Shown here: in pieces, positions 1 to 10,900 of the stretch
Position numbering within the stretch: the first letter of the stretch is position 1
Layout of the letters: each line of letters starts with the position of its first letter
The notes under the pieces: model-generated
Database searches by the model: none
Told to the model about the DNA's origin: nothing
What the model saw: only the letters and a program-made list of their open reading frames with translations
Origin: Phoronis australis
Lineage: Eukaryota; Animalia; Phoronida
Assembly (NCBI GenBank): GCA_002633005.1
Contig: NMRA01000354.1
Coordinates: forward strand, 124,001-188,000
Direction: 5' to 3'
Length of the DNA: 64,000 nt
Translations under genes and position numbers: made by a program

Positions 1-1363
1 GTAGGTGTATACACTGATCAAATCTCCAGGTTCCTAAGTAAAATGAGTAAAAAGGGGGTTTTAACTAGTTAGACCTGACTCTGAAAGTGACAAAAATCGA
101 AAAAAAAAGTTTCTTTTGTAGTTCATTTTTTTAAAAAATCGTATTTTTTAATTTTCAAAAAATCCAATTTTACCTCGAATTTTTTTTCAAAATGCACAGG
201 GATCATCATCAACTGTTTCCTTACGCAATATTCTACTTATCCATACCAAATATATGTACAAAATCATTATGATCTTGATTTTGTGGCATTTTTTGTTTGC
301 GAGTTGGGGCAAGCACGCCACTTTTTGTCATTTGGTCACTTTCCGTCTAATAACTAAAAATCTGGTCCATTTATCAAAAAACCCTGGCACGCGATTTTAC
401 TTCAGTCCTAGAGGATTTCAAATTTGCAACTTTCGTAAAAATTGACTCACGTGTTGTGGAAAAATAGGCCCGAGAATCTTGTCACTATCCTGAAATCACG
501 AGCCGAGAAAAACGGCTTTGAAGTTNNNNNNNNNNNNNNNNNNNNNNNNNNNNNNNNNNNNNNNNNNNNNNNNNNNNNNNNNNNNNNNNNNNNNNNNNNN
601 NNNNNNNNNNNNNNNNNNNNNNNNNNNNNNNNNNNNNNNNNNNNNNNNNNNNNNNNNNNNNNNNNNNNNNNNNNNNNNNNNNNNNNNNNNNNNNNNNNNN
701 NNNNNNNNNNNNNNNNNNNNNNNNNNNNNNNNNNNNNNNNNNNNNNNNNNNNNNNNNNNNNNNNNNNNNNNNNNNNNNNNNNNNNNNNNNNNNNNNNNNN
801 NNNNNNNNNNNNNNNNNNNNNNNNNNNNNNNNNNNNNNNNNNNNNNNNNNNNNNNNNNNNNNNNNNNNNNNNNNNNNNNNNNNNNNNNTGCACAATTTCT
901 GCACTGACTCCTCAAGCTGAGTGCAGTGATGGCTTCGGTAGGACTTGGCGTACTTTGCAGATACACAAACAGGCTCAGGCTCGGAACAGGAGCTAGTTCA
1001 CCATTTCACTACCAACTTTCACATGGTCAAAATAGAATTATTTTATTCTTGGTCTTGCTACAACACCAATATCAGCTGGTACAGCACTCTCGATTGCCCG
1101 GTTACGCAATGCTTGTTGACAGGGTTAGATTAGAGCTAGTGTCCTTGTATATAAGCTCTGCCCCAGTTGTCAATCACTGAGCTGGTGAGCACTCAAGCCA
1201 TACGACTTACTGAAGCTTGGTCAAATATAGCTAAAAAAACAACTTTGGATTTTCAGAATGATTTTATTTTTCTTCAGTATACTGTGCATCAAGAATTAAA
1301 GATTAGGATGACATAAAAATGTAAAAAACAGTCAAAAATTTTTTTTTTGTGTATCCACCTACC
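1..1363. mobile_element. Non-autonomous DNA transposon, Kolobok-like (left end just outside window; contains N gap)
   Basis: Window start gtaggtgtatacac is a near-perfect inverted match to gtgtatccacctac(c) at 1349-1363, which is followed by TTAA (1364-1367). This fits GG..CC termini with a TTAA target site. Confidence 0.5.
526..888. other. Assembly gap (N run)
   Basis: 363 consecutive N. Confidence 1.
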
Positions 1364-1790
1364 TTAAACAACCAGCCCATTGGGCTTGGAAGCCACTGTT
1401 TACACAGTAGTATACAAACACCTCTTATGTTTAAAAAAATGCTTCTTGAACAAAAACAGAAAGTTCCCTGAACAAATTAATCATTTAGAAACTAAGCTTA
1501 TTTATATTAAAAAATTCAAATTATTAAAAGGAATGCAAGTTGCTAGCCTCATTTTATAGTTTTCTATGTAAGTTGTGATATAGAGTACAGTGACACACAA
1601 AATGAAGTTCGTCTTTCACAGCACTGAGACCACATAAGCGACATAATGTATTTTCTGATTCAATATTAGTGTACCTTCCAATCTCTATCTCTTTTGTGAA
1701 CTTTACATTCTGTTTTGACAGTTGTCTTATGAGTTGAGTAAATGTTTCTATTTATTTCATGTGAGAGTTTTGCACACTTTAATGTTCCAG

Positions 1791-1905
1791 GCCAGGACTG
1801 GAAGTCCGTGCGCAAGTCTACCAACTCTAAGATGCACGTGCTCCGTCCATTTGGTCTAAGTCTAGACTTCCACAAGGCTATGATCAATGATCCAGCGCTA
1901 CCTGA
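1791..1905 (+). CDS. VPS13: VPS13 exon 1 (window numbering)
   Basis: ttccag|..|gtaagt; [37 protein letters not shown]; phase 1-2. Confidence 0.9.
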
Positions 1906-4900
1906 GTAAGTGAGAACTGTGTCAGTAATGTAGTCCTTACTGCTGGTTTTCGAACTTTATTCCCTGGTTTGTCCTCACAGAACGTGAACTCACTTATTGA
2001 GGGAGTGGAAGTGGTACTGAATTAATGGTATCGTTTGCAGTTGTGTGTGTTGGTTTATGTACCACGTTATAGAGCACTCGTGACCATCCATGACCCCAAC
2101 CTGAATTGACATGTGGGTCACCGTAATAGTAACCATATTCTGACACAAGTCTTTTGCATCATTAGTAGACTCTATCCTTGACCTGAACCTTATCATTGTG
2201 ATGAAGCAGTTTCACGTAGTTATCAATATTTATTTCATTTACACTCTGTGGGTGTTGCTGTATTCCAAGATTCTCTGAACTCGTGCTTGTGTTAAGTGTT
2301 TGATGACAGGTGTCAATGGGCTTGTTTTCAGGGTCAAGCTGTTTGGTGAACTGCCGTCTCTGAACTTGAACATATCAGACAAACGTCTGCAGAATATCAT
2401 TTTGCTCGCTCTCAGTGTACCTCTGCCAAAACTGAGCTCAGAAACCACAGACGAAAACCTCAATTTTCTTGTGAGTAAAGTTTAGCTCTAATGTGCTGTT
2501 CCACTCAGGTCAAGCTGAAATTCTTAACTTCAAGCTGAAATGCTTAACTTCAAGCTGAAATTCTTAACGTCAAGCTGAAATGCTTAACTTCAAGCTGAAA
2601 TGCTTAACTTCAAGCTGAAATTCTTAACTTCAAGCTGAAATGCTTAACTTCAAGCTGAAATGCTTAACTTCAAGCTGAAATGAATCAAATTAGCAGTGAT
2701 TTAACTTTCTGCTGAAATACTCAATGGACTTCATCCTGTTAATGCTTTTATGATGTTTAATTACACACTGACTCGCCGTTTTAAAAAAACAGTGCAGAGG
2801 GTTCCACCCTAAAACATGAACTAAAATGGTAACCGTTATAAAACTTTTCAAAGATGGGATGGTGTTGTATGAGGCTTGAAGCAAAATGTATTATTAGAAA
2901 AATATGCATTGTTGCAGGTTTTCCAGTCACAAAAAATGAAGTCTTTGTTCTAAAAATATAAATGGATAAACACTTTGGAAAACCGTGAACAGGTTACCTG
3001 TAATTTTTGTGCGATAGTCGTCTTAATGTAGTTTTAACATTGAATTGCTGAATAAACAAACCTGGTGTTTGCATTTCTCTAGTACTTACCTTCTGTTGTA
3101 TGTTGTATGTCTTTAGGATGACAAGATGATGATGCCTCTGGCTGAAGACATCAAGACTAAACACTTAGCCAAGGCACTGGACACTGGTGAAGAGGTGGAG
3201 GATGTGAGTGAATAGTATTAAGTGGTGCTGTGTGATCATGAATTAAGCTGCATATTTGGTATGATATTGATACTAGATTAGCCTTGAGATGATATTGGCA
3301 CTAGATTAGCCTTGAGATGATATTGATACTAGATTAGCCTTGAGATGATATTGATACTAGATTAGCCTTGAGATGATATTGGTAGTAGATTAGCCTTGAG
3401 ATGATATTGATACTAGATTAGCCTTGAGATGATATTGATACTAGATTAGCCTTGAGATGATATTGATACTAGATTAGCCTTGAGTAGTGCAGTGTGGGGC
3501 TACATATTGTTGACAACAAAGTGGTACGGTTTGACACTGGAGTAGTTTGTGGTATAATTAAAAGGCATGCATATCGTTAAGAATGCAACTCACTGCTCTG
3601 ATGTTGATATTAATATTAGAATAGTCTCAAGGAGTGCGGATCAGCGGTGAGCAGAGGTGCATATTGTTTAGAGTGAAACAATACAATTTGATATTGATAC
3701 TGATTATATAGTATCGCGGAGTCTAGTGTAATTATCAACAGGGATGCATATCATTTAGAATGAACTGATATGAGGTAGTAGTAGAGGTATTGATATTGGT
3801 ATCAAAATAGTTTTAAGAAGTTTTGTTTAGCATTGATGCTGCCTTGTTGTTATGAGCCAAGTGATATAATCATCTAATATATGTTAGGATATGATATGAT
3901 ATGATATATTAATGATATTTATACTGACATTTTAGTATGTAGTTAAAGCACGATATAATATTCAAAGTGTTGTTCTGTAAGTAATAGGCAAAAAAATGAA
4001 AATCAGGGAATTTTAATTAGTAAATGACTATAAGAAATAATTGTATTTAATAATATGTCTTTTTTCACATGCAGGGCTCAACATAAGCAAGTAAACGCTC
4101 GGAAAATACAAGTGGAAAAAGTAAAACACAAGTAGAAAATTTACCTCACTCATACAAAAGAACTTTCAGTGTTTTTTTGGTCTTAAGAGTCCAAATCCTA
4201 ATATGAATGGCACATATGTTGTCACTCATATTTTTAGCAGACATTTTTGCCTGCGATGAGTGCTGACAAGTGTTTTGTTCGCGGTTGATTTTAAACTCAG
4301 GCATATTAATAACTACTCAAGATGTCAATCTTGCAAGCTATCTGTTCCTCAGACCTTTACACTTGCTTTGTAGTTCTAAGAAGTAATTATTTATTTATAT
4401 CGCTTGTCCAATGAAAAGTGAGGACTGGGACTAAACCTTATGTATTGTTTTTAAGGAGGAGGAAAATCAGAATGAACCGCTTGCTGTTCGGAAAGGAAAA
4501 AGAAAGTGGGAGTCACAGAATGTTGTGGAGGTCCAGTTGGAGTTTGTCATAAAGGAGGTAAGGCCACTGTGGTGTGTATCACGCAATGTGTGGTTTAAGA
4601 TTTATCGGCATTCAATACTTTCCACGCTTATCCAGTTTAATGTATCTGTTCAGATAAATGCAACCACACAAATTTTAACCTAATATTATATTTTCTTGTT
4701 TCCATGGCAATACCTTAGCTTCACGTAGAACTGTTAATTACGTTAAACTTTTCAGTCTTCTTTAGCTCCCATCCATGCAGAATTTTGGCACCTAGTTGGT
4801 GATGTCACTGGCCTAGCTAACCAAGCCTATCTTTTGTCCAGTTGTTGGAAGGCGCAGCTAATTGAAGTGTCATCACTGGACCGATTTGCTAAAAAATTGA

Positions 4901-7900
4901 CGCTTATTGAGTTACTGTCTAATTTTCGTCAGATCTGCGTCCACGTACACATGACACACGAAGAGCGAGAAGTGCCTTTGTTGAAGTTGAAGGTCGACTC
5001 TATCGGCACCAACCTTGTGGTCAAGACCTTTGACCTTTCAGTTACTGCCTATCTGGGTGGCATCTATCTACAACATCTTCTCTTCAAAGGTATGTCGTTT
5101 AGTCCAGTGCTTGAAACAAGAAAATTTGCTTTGAAGTTTATGCACTGCCCTAATGGTGTTACCTTTGCTGTTGTTGTTCACCTGGAACGTTGCCTTGGTT
5201 TAACTCTATTCTTATGCAGTAATTAATACCATTGATTTGTTAATGCCTGACTGTGTTCTCCGCTGTTATAATTTTATGTGAATGGTTTGGAATATGTTGC
5301 ATTTTCTTTCATTTTCTTCATTGAATAGTTGAAGAAATCCGTGGGTACCCCATTTGGTAGTTTGGCTGTGCTGCTTGTGATGTGAGAGTTTTTTTGTGTT
5401 GACGTAATGTTTTTTTAACTATTACTTAAAGCGAGATTGCACATGGCCGTGATGGGGCTCTTAGATGGTGTGGCTATCATGTTGGGGCACACAATGTTTT
5501 TCAATGATAAGTCTTGTCAATGGTTTGTTTTGATTTTGCCAGACAAAAGAATTCAAGCTCTGAAATTCGACGAGTGAGCACCATTTTGCCACAAGTAAAT
5601 TGTATCATTACTGGAGCTCACAGGCAATATTTTCATGTATTAGTTACCAAGGATCAGATTTCTTAAATAACCTTTTTGAGTATTAAAATTATGTATTACG
5701 TAAAATTACATTTTCAAAATCTTGATGATCATAGAAACGTACTTTATGCACAAAGTAATGCTCAGATGTTCGTAAGCATGTGACTGCGTTTTCTTAAAAA
5801 ATCAGGATTTTCACGGAAATCTCCATATTTTTCACAGACAAGTATTTTTGTACAAAAGTTGCAAATTCTGTTTCTTTATTCTGTTGGCTAAAAAGTGTGT
5901 CTTTGGTTTTCTTTCAAGGCCTTTTAGTTTCAGAACTCTGTTGTCAACAATGATTAAAGTTGTCCTCATTCCTTGAAAAAATGGTTGTCTTGATTTTTGA
6001 CAGCCAAGCTCTTGGGGTTAAAGACCTTTAAAAGAAAGTCACAGATACGCTTTTGTAGCTATGAAATAAAGAAAGAGAATTTGCAGTTTCTTGCAAAAAA
6101 GCTGGTTTGTGGAAAATACAACAATCTCCATGAGTCACAATTTTTTAGAAAAGAGTCCAGCATGTCGTTGCAAACATCTGGGCTGGGTTTTATTCTTTGT
6201 ACTTGAATTTTAATCATTTTGTACATCTTCACTTCTGTATTTGTGCGAACTCAGATGTGTGTCCATTACATGGACAGTTCTCTATTCCTTTTTTTTTCAC
6301 AATTAATACGTTTATTACAAAAGACAAATACATATACATATACAAATATACACACAACACAACAACATACAGAACTGTGCAAAAAATAACGAGAAAGCAT
6401 TTCATTGTTACTTCGAAGTTAAAAAGTACTACTTAAGTTTCTGTTCTGGCATCTGGTCAACTCTCTGGGTCCCCTCTCTATTCCTAGTTTGCACCCAATG
6501 ACCTCAGCGTTGAAGCTATGAGTCGGAACTGGAAATTTCAAGTTTTTACTCGAAATCTCAAGTTTTTACTGGAGTTTGTAGCTTGAATCTTGGGATCATC
6601 AAGTGCAATGTTGGAATATAGAGCCGTCCGTTTTTGTAAACCAGGATATAACCTAGCACAGAATACCAGTTGTGTATCTTCAGTTTGCACAAAAGTAGAA
6701 AAGAAAATGTAAAAAGTTCATTTTCGAGTGTAAAAATTTAATAATGGGACCTTGGGCATTGGTTTTGTGCGTATACCAAGGTTCTGTGGTCATTAAAGAA
6801 TTAAAAAATATGGTAGTAGTTTTATCGTCTACCATCAATACTCGTAGTTATTTAAGAAATTCAATCCTTGGTAACAAAGGTAGCCAATTATCTAAACTAA
6901 TCTCAAACTAGTTTGATCTTAGTTTGCAGTAACAGCTTTTTGGGCCTCTTAAATCACATGCAGTCTCATTTCAAGTAGTTTTCATGCTGTGTTTTGTATA
7001 AAGATTTAAAATAACCTTCCTGCTGGGGAGAAATTTCATCTGTTGAAAGTCAAAACTGACCCATTTCTGAAAGTCAATGCTAATTTTTTAAAAGGTTTAG
7101 TTTCAAGGACTTGTGAAAAGAAATTTATAGTTAGCAGAGTGTATCTTTCTGTGATACTTCGTTTAAAGTGGACTGCATTCTGTGGGACGCACAAATTTCG
7201 CAAGTAAACCTAGTGTGATCGTGTGCTTTCCTTGTAATGCATGGGGATATCTTGCGAAATCTTGCGTGATCTCACTTATTGGTTTTACAAACACAGTCCT
7301 GTAGCCAAAATTGGTAGATAATGCTTTCACGTAAAGCAACAATGGAAACCTTTTTCGTTGTGCTTCAAATCACTTTTAAAGACCAGCGTTTGCTTTGACT
7401 TTCAACGAGACTGTGGCTGTAGCTCATCTCATCTGTCGTAGGCATGTTTTTGTTGGTGGTCGTGCTAATCGTTCTGTTTGTGTCGACTTTAATTTAGCCC
7501 CTAAAGACCTTGCTCGACGCCAGGCAGAGAAAGGTAACTGTGTATCATACTAACCCTCTAATGCACCTCTAACCTCCAAAGTCTTGTCCTGCTGAATAGG
7601 CTCTGTCTTGAGACCGTGTTGACATGATCTTGTACAAGAAATCATGGCATGGGATTAACTTGTCGTGCTGTAGTCTATTTCTCCAGGAGTCACTCAGAAT
7701 GATCCGCACTGAGTGGGATATGAGTAGCACAAACTAAACACAAATATTTTAAATTGTGACCAGCTAGTTTTAGTAGAGGATTGAGACAACTGTCGGTGGT
7801 GGTATTGTGAGTCATACTGTAAGTTGACTTCAGATGGCTTGTGCACGCAGTGGCCTGATTAGAGATTCTTAATTTCGTGGTGGGCTAAAGCCGTGAATTG

Positions 7901-10900
7901 AAAGTATGTAGTGGATTATGAACAGGAAATTATCTCATGATAATAGGCTGCTTATGAATTAGGCATTCACAACATGATTGACTCTATAGGCTCCAGCGAT
8001 TAAAACTAAAAAAGACTCTACAAAATGTTCTAATCTTAGATTATTACTTATTATTCTCCACAAGGCGCTTTTGAAGTCAATTCAAATTTTGCTTTTATTT
8101 TTTGATAATTTTCCAAAGAAACATAAAAAATATTATTATCTTTCTCCAAAATAATTAACTTGTTCTAGAGTTCTCCTCAATGTGTTTTGAACACACTGTG
8201 GATGTTGTGTCGTTAATATCACATTGTTGCAACGATCGTCAAAGGTAAGGATACCTCAAGCAAATTTCATTGAAAATTAAAAGTCAAAACTTTACAATAC
8301 GTATCACACAACTGATTACAAAACTTTTTTTAAACAAGAAATAAGGTGAGTTATGAAACAAGAGTCCTTATTTGAGGTCCTAACAGTGCGATCTTGTGGT
8401 GTATGGGAGGCAGCAAGTCTACCACTTGGTCACACTGCCTCCTTTAATTTATTTAGCTTATACATGTCTCTGTGATTGCTTAATGTGGCAGGGCCCGGTC
8501 TCCAATCTTTTAACTCGAAATGAAACTCGAAATTAGGTTTGGCATTTTCTACTCTACTTTTGGGCGAACTCAAGATAAGTGCCTATTATTCTATGCTCGA
8601 GTACACAATAACTTACGTAGATAATTTATTGCCCTTAGTTCACCGTTTGTAAACCCAATATTAAAGCAATAAGTTCGAGTTTGAACTCGAAATTTCGAGT
8701 TTTTACTCGAGTTTGTAGCACGAATATAAGGGTCTTCAAGGGCAAACTTGAACTAGAAACTCCTATGCGTAAACTATAATGTATTCGAGCACAGTCTGAT
8801 AACCAATTATCTTAAGTTCGCACAAAAGGAGCAAAGAACTTGCCAAAAGTAGATTCGAGTTCGTTTCTAGTACAGAGATTAGAAACCGGGCCCTGGTGTG
8901 TGCTGAAAATCGAACATTTTCTATTTTGAATTCAGTGTCACCAGGGGAAGTTTGCAGATGGTGGCAGTGTGCTTACGTGGTGAATGTGAACAACTGGATA
9001 CTTTTTGTTTCCTACAGTTAGTGTAGCCAAAAACAAAGGATTGTAAAATCGTTAACTTGGTGTACATACTAGATATAGTAGACTCATTTTGCATTATTGT
9101 CCTATGCTTTTGCAACATGACATTCTTCTTGTTTATTATCTTGGAATAACATTGCATGACATCATTTGCCAGCGTCAGCCATCTTGAGTAAAAGTTAATG
9201 TAGTGGTCGCTTGTGGCTTTTCCATATTGTGTGAGGAATGAAATGATCATTATGCGTTAATATTATATATTATGCGTAAATATTAAGTATATGTGTGAAT
9301 GTTTTAGGACGAAATTATTGACTGTATTTAGAAGCAAATGTCATCGATAACACTTGGAATCTCTGCACTGTGTTTGCTTGAAAAGTCACTATTTTGCATA
9401 ATTTAGCATAATGCTGCCTTGGTTCTATTGACCTCAAGAGATATTTATTGTGTTACGATCGCATACCCGTCATAATGTCTTTATATCCGTGCGTTTGCGG
9501 TTAAAAGTTTGTATAATTTATACGACTGGTTCATAAACACTACAACTGATAGATATTTGTTGAATATGTGCCTCCTTGATGTCTAAAAGATGTCTGTTGG
9601 CTTGTAAGCAAAGGTCGCCGATAACTCCGAATGGCTCATGTATGAATCGCGTGACCAGGAGGCCAGCCATCCTTTGCCGTCATCCGCATGCACTAGCGCC
9701 ACCTTCTTGCTAACCATTTGCAAACCGGCTAAATCACTTTCCCAAGCACAGTTCACAGTTTTTATAATGAAAATGACTGATTTCGTGTTCTCCTGTAACT
9801 GTCTTGTATCGCTACTTACAGCTTTGGAGGGAGGTCCCTTAGTCAACCTTGTCAACACACCTTCAGGTGATTGCAACAAATTGCTGACTGTCAATTATCT
9901 GCAGGTAAGTCTGTTGTAGACACTTACCATTAAGTTACCATAACAATGCACCACTGTTATCAAGGATCGTGATTCTTCTCAATATCGTAATTACTGCTTT
10001 GATTACCCAGGCACTTTCTTGTGGATTCTAGTGAGTAACATTACCTGTTTTGTGAACACATGCTTTGCATCCGTTTTGTGCTAGTTTTCAAATGAGGAAA
10101 AAGTAATTTTTCACTTTTCTGTAGAGTAAGTGTTCTTAAAATGCATATTGCCAGTTCATCTCCTGGGACTTATGGGTGCAGTTATTGTCGTTTGTGCGCG
10201 TTTGGCAGATTTTCAGCGCGTACTTGTGTTGTTTTCCAAGCAGCATAGCTTTCATTTTTTTCACCAGTGAAAATGTTTGATGTCTGAATCATAAGTGTTT
10301 CTTAAGTGTCATCGAGACTCAACAATGTTCTGAGTTCGACATGACTTCTAAGAACTTTGTTTTTCCATGGATAATGTATATCAACAGAAAAGAAAATGAG
10401 AGATTGTTTTTTCTCAACTGTTGTATTGTTATGTCTTTCTAGTTATTCTATTAATTACATTATTATCTATGCCATGCAAAGTCATCCCGAGTTCTACACC
10501 ACTCGTAGAGTTTGTTTTCCCTGACCAATAGATTTTGGAGGATAAGAAAAATTTTGAACTTTTTTCATAGCTGGATATTTGTTGGAGTGTCTTAAAGCAT
10601 GACCCAGAGTTCTATCTAGTAGATTTTTTATTTACTCTGGACAATAGATCTTAGAGGAGTGTAAGATTAGAACTATTTTCTGTGATGTCTGGATATTTAT
10701 TGAAATGTTTTACTCATCTGTGAATTCTGTGCATTATGTCGTCATCTAGGCCAAACGACGCGGCCCCGAGTTCAGCACCACCTATAAAAACACTGAGAAG
10801 AAGATAACTGTGCACTTCAACGTTTTGGAGGTTGTGTTGCACCAGCTGGCAATACTCAGCATTGTCGACTTTGCGCAGATGTTGTTCACACCCGAGTTGG

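Noticed and set aside
442-996. Long ORFs in the track across 442-996
   Set aside because: Artefacts of the N gap (runs of X).
2510-3484. Regular short repeats as a possible CRISPR array
   Set aside because: Head-to-tail units with no unique spacers, in a eukaryotic intron; these are minisatellites.
5329-5573. Possible microexons 5329-5340 (12 nt, gtgggt donor) and 5543-5573 (31 nt, gtgagc donor)
   Set aside because: The 12-nt one preserves frame but is too short to distinguish from chance. The 31-nt one breaks phase and I found no compensating partner. Both need RNA-seq.
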